A DNA stretch of 64,000 nt from positions 22,005 through 86,004 of the forward strand of contig CAYSHP010000001.1 in assembly GCA_964430875.1 (NCBI GenBank). Direction: 5' to 3'. This document shows positions 47,896 to 56,853 of this stretch, one piece after another (position 1 is the first letter of the stretch; the number at the start of each line of letters is the position of its first letter). The position numbers were made by a program, and so were the translations under genes. The notes under the pieces are model-generated. The model was not told the origin of the DNA. It saw only the letters and a program-made list of their open reading frames with translations, and did no database searches. The stretch is from an uncultured Halanaerobiales bacterium (lineage in GTDB: Bacteria > Bacillota > Halanaerobiia > Halanaerobiales > M55B127).

Positions 47896-49776
47896 ATGAA
47901 TGTAAGAGATAAAATATATGATAGATTGATTGAAGTATCAAACCCAGAAAGATACATTGGTAATGAGTACAACATCATAAAAAAAGAATGGGATTCTAAT
48001 AAGATTAAGGTTTTAACTGCTTTTCCAGATGCCTATGAGATTGGTATGTCTCATCTTGGTTTAAAAATTATATACCACTTATTAAACAAGGAAGATAATA
48101 TAATATGTGAGAGAACCTTTTCTCCTTGGCCTGATCTAGAAGATCTATTAAGAAAAGAAGATTTACCAATATTTTCATTAGAATCAGGAAAGAGTGTAGA
48201 TGAGTTTGATATATTAGCTTTTACCTTACAGTATGAAATGAGCTATACCAATATTTTAACAATTTTAGATTTGGCAGGAGTAAATTATTACAGTGAAAAG
48301 CGTCACGAAGATGATCCGCTTATCATAGGGGGAGGTTCAATTATAAGTAATATTGAACCAGTTGCTCCTTTTTTTGATTTAATATTTGTAGGTGAAGCTG
48401 AAGAACATATAGTTGATATTATAAATAATTATAGTAATCTAAAGGCAAAAGGTTATAGCAAAAAGGAAATATTAAAGAAATTATCAAAGCAGCCGGGTGT
48501 ATATATTCCATCATTATATGAAGTTAATTATGATAGACAAGGGCATATTGAAAATATAATACCCAAAGATAATGAAGTCAAAACAAAAATTAAAAGACAG
48601 TTAGTTTCTAATTTAGATGAAGCCTTTTATCCAGAAGACTTTCTTGTGCCCTATATGGATATAGTACATGATAGAGCAACAGTAGAAGTTTCTCGAGGTT
48701 GTACAAAGGGTTGTAGATTCTGTTCTGCTGGCATTACTTATAGGCCAGTAAGAGAGAGGAAAAAGGAAACTTTATTAAAGCAAATTGATAACATTTTAGA
48801 TAGTACTGGCTATGATGAAATTTCTTTAACATCTTTAAGTACAGTTGATCATTCACAAATAGAACCATTAGTAAAAGAATTAACTCAAAAATATGAAGGA
48901 CGTAAAATTAGTATATCCCTTTCTTCTCTTAGAGTTGATAAATTTTCTGTAGAATTAGCTAAGGAAGTGCAGAAGGTTAGGAAAACAGGCCTGACTTTTG
49001 CTCCAGAAGCAGGGACTAAAAGATTAAGAAATGTAATTAATAAAGGGGTATCAGAAAGTAATCTTTATGAAGCAGTTGAAGCTGCCTTTAATGAAGGATG
49101 GTCCACTGTAAAACTCTATTTTATGATTGGACTACCAACCGAAAGGAAGGAAGATTTAGAAGGTATTATCAGTATGGTTAATAATGTTTTACAAAAGGGG
49201 AAAGAAATTCGCAAACAAAACAAAAAGAAGATGAGGCCTATCAGAATAAATGTAAGTATCTCAACTTTTATTCCCAAAGCTTCTACTCCTTTCCAGTGGG
49301 AGCCTATGGTTAACAGAACAGACTTAAAACAAAAAATAAATTTTTTAAGATCTAAATTAAATAAAAAAGGTATCAATTTTAGCTGGAATGAAGAAGATCT
49401 TTCACTTCTTGAAAGTATATTTTCAAGAGGAGATCGAAGATTATCAGAAGTATTAATTAGTGCTTATAATAAAGGGGCTCGATTTGATGGTTGGGGAGAC
49501 TTTTTTGACTTTGATCTTTGGCTTGAGTCCTTTAAAGAAAATGATTTAGATCCTGATTTTTATTTAAGAAGAAGAGAATTTGTTGAAACACTACCCTGGG
49601 ATCATATTGATATGGGTCTAAATTCCAAATTTTTAAAAAATGAATATGATAAAGCACTAAAAAATGAAACAACATCAGACTGCAGATTTGCTAAATGTAA
49701 AGGATGTAATATTTGTTATAATTTAGATGTGGATTTAGATATTATTGGGAATGATTATAATGTATATAAGAGCTGA
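47896..49776 (+). CDS. radical SAM protein, TIGR03960-like (uncharacterised)
   Basis: CTKGCRFC (CxxxCxxC) cluster motif. ~626 aa with an N-terminal B12-binding-like region. Followed by its usual DUF2344 partner. Confidence 0.8.
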   Translation: MNVRDKIYDRLIEVSNPERYIGNEYNIIKKEWDSNKIKVLTAFPDAYEIGMSHLGLKIIYHLLNKEDNIICERTFSPWPDLEDLLRKEDLPIFSLESGKSVDEFDILAFTLQYEMSYTNILTILDLAGVNYYSEKRHEDDPLIIGGGSIISNIEPVAPFFDLIFVGEAEEHIVDIINNYSNLKAKGYSKKEILKKLSKQPGVYIPSLYEVNYDRQGHIENIIPKDNEVKTKIKRQLVSNLDEAFYPEDFLVPYMDIVHDRATVEVSRGCTKGCRFCSAGITYRPVRERKKETLLKQIDNILDSTGYDEISLTSLSTVDHSQIEPLVKELTQKYEGRKISISLSSLRVDKFSVELAKEVQKVRKTGLTFAPEAGTKRLRNVINKGVSESNLYEAVEAAFNEGWSTVKLYFMIGLPTERKEDLEGIISMVNNVLQKGKEIRKQNKKKMRPIRINVSISTFIPKASTPFQWEPMVNRTDLKQKINFLRSKLNKKGINFSWNEEDLSLLESIFSRGDRRLSEVLISAYNKGARFDGWGDFFDFDLWLESFKENDLDPDFYLRRREFVETLPWDHIDMGLNSKFLKNEYDKALKNETTSDCRFAKCKGCNICYNLDVDLDIIGNDYNVYKS

Positions 49777-50470
49777 ATATGAGAAAAGAGATGAACTCAA
49801 ATATATATCACATCTTGAACTGATGAATACTTTTAGAAGAACTTTTAGAAGAGCAAATTTACCGGTGGCCTATTCACAAGGCTACAATCCTCATATTATA
49901 TTTTCGATGTCACAACCTTTGCCAGTAGGCATGGTTGGGCATCAAGAATATTTTGACCTTGAGTTGAAAGAAAAAATTTCTTTAAATAAAATGCAAAAAA
50001 AAATAAACCAAAAACTGCCGGTGGGATTAAAAATTTTAGATATTGTACAAATACATGAAAAAGAAAAGTCATTACAGGCTATTGTTAATACTGCAAGATA
50101 TAAGTATAAGATGAGTATTAAAAAAGAGGTAGACCAAAAAAAGATTTTAAAAGATTTTTTAGATGAAAACGAAATTGAGATTACAAGGTTTAGAAGAAAT
50201 AAGGATGATAGATTAATAGATTTAGCTCCCATGATTTATAGTGGTAGAGTATTAAAAGACGATCTGTGGGAATTTACAATTAGCACAGGTAGTAGTGGCA
50301 ATGTGAGGCCCCAGGAAGTAATTAGAGCACTTAAAATAAAGACTAATGGTTTAGTAAAAGAAATACCGCTTGTTAACATTGAAAGATTGGGAATGTATGT
50401 TAGAGAGGAAGGAAAGTTATATAAGCCTGTTAATAAACAGGTGTTAAAAAAAGAGGTGAAAGAGAATTGA
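49760..50470 (+). CDS. radical SAM-linked protein, TIGR03936/DUF2344-like
   Basis: YEKRDELKYISHLELMNTFRRTFRRANLPVAYSQGYNPH is the family N-terminal signature. The start is ambiguous (49745-49760). Confidence 0.75.
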   Translation: MYIRAEYEKRDELKYISHLELMNTFRRTFRRANLPVAYSQGYNPHIIFSMSQPLPVGMVGHQEYFDLELKEKISLNKMQKKINQKLPVGLKILDIVQIHEKEKSLQAIVNTARYKYKMSIKKEVDQKKILKDFLDENEIEITRFRRNKDDRLIDLAPMIYSGRVLKDDLWEFTISTGSSGNVRPQEVIRALKIKTNGLVKEIPLVNIERLGMYVREEGKLYKPVNKQVLKKEVKEN

Positions 50471-52152
50471 GTAGACAGATAATAATAAATTCATGTATAA
50501 GAGAAAAGAGAGCTGCAATTAAGGAAAACAACAACCTAATTGATATTTTATTTGAAAGAGATACCTATGATCAAATTGTATACAATATTTATAAAGGAAG
50601 AGTCAAAGATGTTTTACCTGGTATGCAGGCTGCTTTTGTTGATATTGGCCTAGAAAAAAATGCTTTTTTACATATAAGTGATGTATATCCACTTTTAAGT
50701 AAAGGTCAGGAGAAAAGGTGGCGCAAAAATGAATTATCAATAAAAGAAGTTATTCAACCGGGGCAAAAAGTGATGGTCCAGGTGGTTAAGGAGCCGATTG
50801 GAACAAAAGGTGCTAAAGTTACATGCAAAGTAACCTTACCAGGTCGGTATTTAGTATTAATGCCTTTTGAAAATAGAACAGGTATATCAAGAAGAATTAA
50901 TGATACGAAAGAAAGAAACAGGCTTAAAGATATAGCTGAGAATTTAATTGGCAATAAATATGGTTTAATAGTGAGAACAAATACTGAGGGTAAAAAAAGG
51001 GTAATTATTGAAAATGATTTTAATTTTTTAATCCATTTGTGGGAAAATATTTGGAAGGATTATAAAAAAGCTAGTCCTCCTGAACTAATCTATAAAGATG
51101 CCGAACTTATTAAACAAATTGTAAGAGATTATCTTAGTACAGATGTAAATAAAATTGTTATTGATGATGAAGAAGAATATGAAAAATTAAATGAATTAGC
51201 AGAAAAAAGTGTTCCGGGTTCACATCATAAGATATACCTTTATGAAAGAGAAACCCCTATTTTTGAAACTTATCAAATAGAAAATGAAATTACAAAAATT
51301 TGGCAGCGGAAAGTTTGGTTAAATTCAGGCGGTTATGTAATAATTGATAATACAGAAGCATTAGTTTCTATAGATGTAAATACCGGAAAGTTTACCGGTA
51401 AGAAAAATCTTCAGGATACTGTATTTAAAACTAATGTAGAAGCTGCCCGTGAAATAGCCCGCCAACTTAGGTTAAGAGATATTGGTGGCATTATAATAAT
51501 TGATTTTATTGATATGTCGATTGAAGAAAACCAAAAAGAGGTATTACGGGTTTTAGAAGAAGAATTATCCAAAGATCGTACCAAAACAGCTTTGCTTGGT
51601 TTAACTAAGTTAGGCTTAGTTGAAATAACTAGAAAGAAAGTCAGAGAAGAAATTGGTGAATTATTTCAAAAAGATTGCCCTTATTGTGAAGGCACTGGTT
51701 TGGTTATGTCTGAAACCACAATGGCAATGAATGTAATAAGAAAACTTAAAAAGATATCTAAAGAGGAAAAAGTAGAGGCCTTATTAATTGAACTACACCC
51801 TGATGTAGCCGCCGTATTAATTGGAGCTGGGGGAGATAAATTAGCTGAGTTAGAAGAAGAGCTAAATATAGATATCTATATCAGAGGTAATAATGATTAT
51901 CATATTGAAAATTATGAGATTATAAGCAAAGGTAGTAAACAGGACTTAAAAAGAATGGCGTTACCTGTAAATAAAGGAGAAAAGTATAAGGTTTATATTG
52001 AAGATACCCATATCCATAATGAAAATGATGGTATAGCCCGTATTAAAGGTTATATAATTATCATTAAAAATGGTGGGCATCTAAAAGAAGAGGAAGTAGA
52101 AGTTAAAATCAATGAAGTTCACCGAACCTTTGCGAAAGCTGAACTATTTTAA
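50467..52152 (+). CDS. rng: ribonuclease E/G family protein (Rng/CafA-like)
   Basis: S1 domain (IYKGRVKDVLPGMQAAFVDIG), DNase I-like catalytic core (SIDVNTGKF, IIIIDFIDM). Confidence 0.9.
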   Translation: MSRQIIINSCIREKRAAIKENNNLIDILFERDTYDQIVYNIYKGRVKDVLPGMQAAFVDIGLEKNAFLHISDVYPLLSKGQEKRWRKNELSIKEVIQPGQKVMVQVVKEPIGTKGAKVTCKVTLPGRYLVLMPFENRTGISRRINDTKERNRLKDIAENLIGNKYGLIVRTNTEGKKRVIIENDFNFLIHLWENIWKDYKKASPPELIYKDAELIKQIVRDYLSTDVNKIVIDDEEEYEKLNELAEKSVPGSHHKIYLYERETPIFETYQIENEITKIWQRKVWLNSGGYVIIDNTEALVSIDVNTGKFTGKKNLQDTVFKTNVEAAREIARQLRLRDIGGIIIIDFIDMSIEENQKEVLRVLEEELSKDRTKTALLGLTKLGLVEITRKKVREEIGELFQKDCPYCEGTGLVMSETTMAMNVIRKLKKISKEEKVEALLIELHPDVAAVLIGAGGDKLAELEEELNIDIYIRGNNDYHIENYEIISKGSKQDLKRMALPVNKGEKYKVYIEDTHIHNENDGIARIKGYIIIIKNGGHLKEEEVEVKINEVHRTFAKAELF

Positions 52153-52165
52153 AAGAGGTGTTTAA

Positions 52166-53122
52166 ATGAAACACTTTGATTTTGAAATAACAAAAAAAGA
52201 TTTTCAAATAATAACCTTGAAAGCGGAAGTTAATAATAATAAAAGCGTTATTAAAGTAGCTCCTGGTATGGGTAATAATATGTTTAAATATCAATTTAAC
52301 AATTTTGATCTTATTTACTATGATCCTAAATTACCTCTAAACCATTATTTAAATGGCAATCCCATAATTTATCCTTTACCTAATAGGGTTAATAACTGTC
52401 ATTATGAGTTTAAAGATAAAAAATATTGGCAAGAAAAAAATAGCAAACCAATATTTTTACATTCTTTAGTATTTGATGAAAAATGGGAATATAAAAGGCC
52501 GGAGGTTTTTAAAGATTATATTAAATTAGAAACTTTTTTAGATATTGATAAAAATCATGCAGTTTTTGAAGGATTTCCTTTTGAACATAAAATAAAATTA
52601 ATCTATATTTTATCTGAAGATAAATTAAGATTTAAGTATGAAATAATTAATAAAGATAAAAAGGAATTGCCCTATGGAATATGTTTCCATACTTACTTTA
52701 ATTACATTAGTAATAGAGAAGAGACATATATAAAAGCTCCAGCTAAATATTATATGGAATTAGATGAAGATCAAATTCCAACTGGGAAATTGCTTGATAT
52801 TAATAATACGGATTTTGATTTTAATGAATTTAAATCTTTAAAAGATATAAATATTGATTGTGCAATAACCGGGTTATTAGATGAACCTGTTGTAAACTTT
52901 AAAGATAATTTAAAAATTGAATTTGATTATTCGCAAGAATTCTCCCATATTCAATTTTTTACTCCTTTAGCTGAAAAGTTTTTTTGCTTGGAGATGCAGA
53001 CTTGTTCAGCTGATGCTCATAATTTAAATGCAGCTGGTTTAAAAAAAGCAGCTCATTTATTAACTGTGAAACCACAAGATAAAAGCTCAGGATGGCTTGA
53101 CTATAAGCCTAAACTATGCTAA
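52166..53122 (+). CDS. aldose 1-epimerase family (galactose mutarotase-like) protein
   Basis: Beta-sandwich family features (PNR, HTYFN). Weaker, motif-only call. Confidence 0.6.
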   Translation: MKHFDFEITKKDFQIITLKAEVNNNKSVIKVAPGMGNNMFKYQFNNFDLIYYDPKLPLNHYLNGNPIIYPLPNRVNNCHYEFKDKKYWQEKNSKPIFLHSLVFDEKWEYKRPEVFKDYIKLETFLDIDKNHAVFEGFPFEHKIKLIYILSEDKLRFKYEIINKDKKELPYGICFHTYFNYISNREETYIKAPAKYYMELDEDQIPTGKLLDINNTDFDFNEFKSLKDINIDCAITGLLDEPVVNFKDNLKIEFDYSQEFSHIQFFTPLAEKFFCLEMQTCSADAHNLNAAGLKKAAHLLTVKPQDKSSGWLDYKPKLC

Positions 53123-53129
53123 AATAAAT

Positions 53130-53250
53130 TGTCGGTAATGTGTATACCTTTTATAAAAGGGTATTTACCAAAACCGCACGGAATGGGTTTGAAATGTCTT
53201 GTATAAGGCTACCTAATTTCCGGCGAGTCTGAGGTAAGGGAGGTGTAATG
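53130..53250 (+). promoter_or_regulatory. structured leader upstream of rplU (candidate L21 leader)
   Basis: Nested hairpins GGTAA..[ATACCTTTT-ATA-AAAGGGTAT]..TTACC and AAACC..GGTTT directly before the rplU SD. Position matches the Firmicute L21 autoregulatory leader. The consensus was not verified. Confidence 0.3.
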
Positions 53251-53255
53251 TAGTA

Positions 53256-53567
53256 ATGTATGCAATAATAAAAACTGGTGGAAAACAGTATAAAGTTAAA
53301 GAAGGACAAATGATAAAGGTTGAAAAGTTAGATGCCGAAAAGGGAGATCAAATAACTTTTGATAAAGTACTACAATATTCTGGTGAAGAAGGATATAAAT
53401 TCGGTAAACCATATCTTGAAGATGCTGAAGTTTCTGGTAAAGTTTTAGAGCAAGGAAAAAATAAAAAAGTTGTGGTTCTAAAATATAAGCCTAAGAGACG
53501 TTATTATAAGAAAACTGGACATCGTCAACCTTATACCAAAGTTTTAATTGAAAATATTGAAGTTTAA
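53256..53567 (+). CDS. rplU: 50S ribosomal protein L21
   Basis: [15 protein letters not shown]-terminus. Confidence 0.97.
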   Translation: MYAIIKTGGKQYKVKEGQMIKVEKLDAEKGDQITFDKVLQYSGEEGYKFGKPYLEDAEVSGKVLEQGKNKKVVVLKYKPKRRYYKKTGHRQPYTKVLIENIEV

Positions 53568-53613
53568 TTTTTTATAGAGAAAAAAATTCAACATACTGAA
53601 AGGGGGGAGTTTA

Positions 53614-53892
53614 ATGTCTCAAAAGAAAGGTGTTGGAAGTTCTAAGAATGGAAGAGATAGTATATCGAAACGACTTGGAGTCAAAGAATTTGATGGTGAA
53701 TTTGTTCCTGCAGGTAGTATTTTAGTCCGTCAGAGGGGAACTAAATTCAAACCTGGATTAAATGTAGGAAGAGGTAAAGATGATACCCTCTTTTCTAAAG
53801 TAGATGGTTATGTTAGTTTTGAGAGAAAAGGAAAAAAATCTCGTCAAATTAGCGTATATACAGAAGATCAGGTGGAAGCTTTAATAAGTTAA
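53614..53892 (+). CDS. rpmA: 50S ribosomal protein L27 (no N-terminal propeptide)
   Basis: [22 protein letters not shown]. Confidence 0.97.
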   Translation: MSQKKGVGSSKNGRDSISKRLGVKEFDGEFVPAGSILVRQRGTKFKPGLNVGRGKDDTLFSKVDGYVSFERKGKKSRQISVYTEDQVEALIS

Positions 53893-53909
53893 TCATCCTT
53901 GCAAAGAAA

Positions 53910-53946
53910 CCCCTCAGTACAAAAATGTGCTGGGGGTTTTATTTTT
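53910..53946 (+). terminator. intrinsic terminator after rpmA
   Basis: CCCC(T)CAGTAC pairs with GTGCTGGGG, loop AAAAAT, followed by TTTTATTTTT. Confidence 0.75.
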
Positions 53947-53972
53947 ATCTTAAAATAAGGTAGGTGATATCA

Positions 53973-55256
53973 ATGTTTGTAGATGAAGTAACATTCAAAG
54001 TAAAGAGCGGGGATGGCGGTAATGGTGTTGTAAGTTTTAGAAGAGAAAAATTCGAGGCAATGGGTGGCCCTAATGGTGGTGATGGAGGCCATGGAGGGGA
54101 TGTAATTTTAAAAGTTGATGAAGGCTTAAATACCCTTGCTGATTTTAGATATAATAATTTCTATAAGGCTGAAAGTGGTACACATGGACGTGGTAAAAAC
54201 CAAAGGGGTAAAGATGGAAAAGACCTCTATCTAAAAGTCCCACCCGGAACTTTAGTTTATAATGATGATACAAATGAACTATTAGCTGATCTTAAAGATG
54301 AAGGTCAGGAATATGTCTTAGCTGAAGGTGGTAAGGGTGGTAGAGGAAATGCCCGTTTTAAAAAATCTACTCGTAAAGCTCCTAAATTTTCAGAGAACGG
54401 TGAAAAGGGCAAAATAATAAAAGTAAGGTTAGAACTGCAATTACTTGCTGATGTTGGTTTAGTCGGTTATCCTAATGTTGGGAAATCTACTTTAATATCA
54501 AAAGTATCTGCTGCTAAACCCGAAATAGCATCTTATCACTTTACAACTATAAATCCTAACTTAGGTGTAGTATCTTATGACGAATATAAGTCTTATGTTA
54601 TGGCAGATGTACCTGGATTAATCGAAGGAGCCCATAAAGGTGTAGGTTTAGGTGATGAATTTTTAAAGCATCTAGAACGTACAAGACTATTAATCCATGT
54701 AATTGATGTATCAGGTATTGAGGGTAGAGATCCTATTGAAGATTTTGAAAAAATCAATATGGAGTTAGAACAATATGATACTGATTTGTCAGTACTTCCA
54801 CAGATTGTTGCATTAAATAAATTAGATTTAAAAGAAGCAAGAGAGAACCTACCGGAAGTAAAGAAAGAATTAGAAAACAGGGGTTATAAAGTTTTTCCAA
54901 TATCTGCAGTTACAGGTGAAGGTGTAGATGAATTAAAATACTTTACTGGGGAAAAATTAGAATCCTTGCCAGCCAAAGATAAAGAAATAAAAGCAAAAGA
55001 AGATGTATTAATTAAACCTGATTTCACAGAAGAAAGTGAAATGCAGATTAAACAAATATCTGATGATAAATATGAAGTGGTTGGAGAATTAATCGATGAG
55101 TTAATAGAAAAAACAGAATTTAATAATGATGCTTCTGTTCAGAGATTGTTAAGAATAGTTAGGCATCATAATATAGATGAAATTATGAGAAAAGAAGGTA
55201 TACAAGATGGAGATACAGTTATTATTGGTCCCATCGAATTTGAGTATATGGAATAG
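53973..55256 (+). CDS. obg: GTPase Obg/CgtA
   Basis: MFVDEV..KSGDGGNG Obg fold, GYPNVGKST G1, DVPGLIEGA G3, NKLD G4, C-terminal OCT domain. ATG 53973 preferred. Confidence 0.96.
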   Translation: MFVDEVTFKVKSGDGGNGVVSFRREKFEAMGGPNGGDGGHGGDVILKVDEGLNTLADFRYNNFYKAESGTHGRGKNQRGKDGKDLYLKVPPGTLVYNDDTNELLADLKDEGQEYVLAEGGKGGRGNARFKKSTRKAPKFSENGEKGKIIKVRLELQLLADVGLVGYPNVGKSTLISKVSAAKPEIASYHFTTINPNLGVVSYDEYKSYVMADVPGLIEGAHKGVGLGDEFLKHLERTRLLIHVIDVSGIEGRDPIEDFEKINMELEQYDTDLSVLPQIVALNKLDLKEARENLPEVKKELENRGYKVFPISAVTGEGVDELKYFTGEKLESLPAKDKEIKAKEDVLIKPDFTEESEMQIKQISDDKYEVVGELIDELIEKTEFNNDASVQRLLRIVRHHNIDEIMRKEGIQDGDTVIIGPIEFEYME

Positions 55257-55267
55257 GAGGGATTTTA

Positions 55268-55558
55268 TTGCTAACAGGTAAACAACGAAGTTATCTAAGA
55301 GGAAAAGCTAATAGTTTAGACCCTTATGTTCATATCGGTAAAGAGGGTCTTAATGAATCAGTATATGAAAAGATAGATGAGGTTTTAGATGACCATGAAT
55401 TAGTTAAAATCAGAATATTAGATAATTCTTTAGAAGATATAAATGAAGTGGTAAATGATGTATGTGAACAATTAGGTGCAGAACGTGTTCAAGTTATTGG
55501 TAATGTATTTATTATATTTAGAAGAAATATGGAAGAACCAAAATATAATTTACCGTAA
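55268..55558 (+). CDS. yhbY: YhbY-type CRM-domain RNA-binding protein
   Basis: LTGKQRSYLRGKANSLDPYVHIGKEGL is the family signature. Confidence 0.9.
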   Translation: MLTGKQRSYLRGKANSLDPYVHIGKEGLNESVYEKIDEVLDDHELVKIRILDNSLEDINEVVNDVCEQLGAERVQVIGNVFIIFRRNMEEPKYNLP

Positions 55559-55590
55559 AAAATTAATTGCTTTGAAAGGATGATATTTAG

Positions 55591-56841
55591 ATGAAGATTG
55601 GTATGTATTCATTATTTTCACCTATTCATGATGAAGAAGCTATTTCTCAAACTTTAGAACAATTTGTAAAAGATCTTTCAAAGAACATAGAGATAGAAGA
55701 AATAGATGAAGATATTTTAAATTCAGATCAAAAAAATGATTATGATTTAATTACTGTTTTTGTTAAGACAGGTGGTACTGAAAATATTTTCAAGGGAATT
55801 TTTGATAAATTAGACGGACCCATAATTTTAGTAGCTACTTCTTTACACAATTCATTGGCTGCTTCTATGGAAATTTTAAGTTGGGTTAAATCTCAAAATC
55901 GTAAAGGTAAAATTTTGCATGGGAAACCAGTAGAAATTGCTAACGAAATGAAAAAACTAATTAAAATTAGAAAAACCAAAGTTAAAATTGCTAATAGTAG
56001 ATTAGGATTAATAGGGGAGCCGTCCGATTGGTTAATAGATAGTCATATTGATAAAGAAGCGGTAAAAAATAAATGGGGATTAAATATTATTGATATCCCC
56101 ATGAAGGAAGTTTTAGAAGAATATAATAATATAAATAATGAAAAAGCGCAAAGATTGGTAAATGAATTTACAAATAATGCTCAAACGATTGAAGAACCTT
56201 CTGATAAAGATTTAATAAAAGCTGCTAAAGTATATTATGCGCTAAAAAATATAGTAAGAAAATATAATTTGAATTCACTGACAATTAGATGTTTTGATTT
56301 GGTAACTGAGCTGGAAACTACTGGTTGTTTAGCCCTTTCATTATTGAATAATGAAGGAATTATAGCAGGCTGTGAAGGTGATGTTCCCGCTGCAGTTTCA
56401 ATGATGGTTACTTATTATTTGACAGGTAATATTCCTTTTATGGCAAATCCCGTATCATTAAATATAAAAAATAATAAAGTGAAATTTGCTCATTGTACAG
56501 TTGCTACCGATGCTGTCAATGATTATATTATCCGTTCTCATTTTGAAACTGGGATTGGAGTCGGAATACAGGGTGAAATTAAAAAGGGTGATGTAACTGT
56601 ATTTAAAATTGGTGGTGACAATCTTGACCACATGGGATTTCAAAATGCCCAATTAATAAATAATTTAAACAGTGAATTTGCCTGCAGAACACAAGTGCTA
56701 CTAGATTTTGAAAATGATAATATTAATTATTTTTTAAAAAACCCAATTGGAAATCACCATATACTTGTAGAAGGCAATCATTATGACTTATTAAACGAAT
56801 TTGTGGAAAGTTTGGATTTTGATATAATATTACACTGGTAG
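55591..56841 (+). CDS. L-fucose/L-arabinose isomerase-related protein (COG2407-like), function unknown
   Basis: 416 aa. The GCLALSLLNNEGIIAGCEGDVPAAVSMM ... FAHCT pattern resembles the fucose-isomerase-like family. Motif-level call only. Confidence 0.45.
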   Translation: MKIGMYSLFSPIHDEEAISQTLEQFVKDLSKNIEIEEIDEDILNSDQKNDYDLITVFVKTGGTENIFKGIFDKLDGPIILVATSLHNSLAASMEILSWVKSQNRKGKILHGKPVEIANEMKKLIKIRKTKVKIANSRLGLIGEPSDWLIDSHIDKEAVKNKWGLNIIDIPMKEVLEEYNNINNEKAQRLVNEFTNNAQTIEEPSDKDLIKAAKVYYALKNIVRKYNLNSLTIRCFDLVTELETTGCLALSLLNNEGIIAGCEGDVPAAVSMMVTYYLTGNIPFMANPVSLNIKNNKVKFAHCTVATDAVNDYIIRSHFETGIGVGIQGEIKKGDVTVFKIGGDNLDHMGFQNAQLINNLNSEFACRTQVLLDFENDNINYFLKNPIGNHHILVEGNHYDLLNEFVESLDFDIILHW

Positions 56842-56853
56842 TGGAGGATAATT

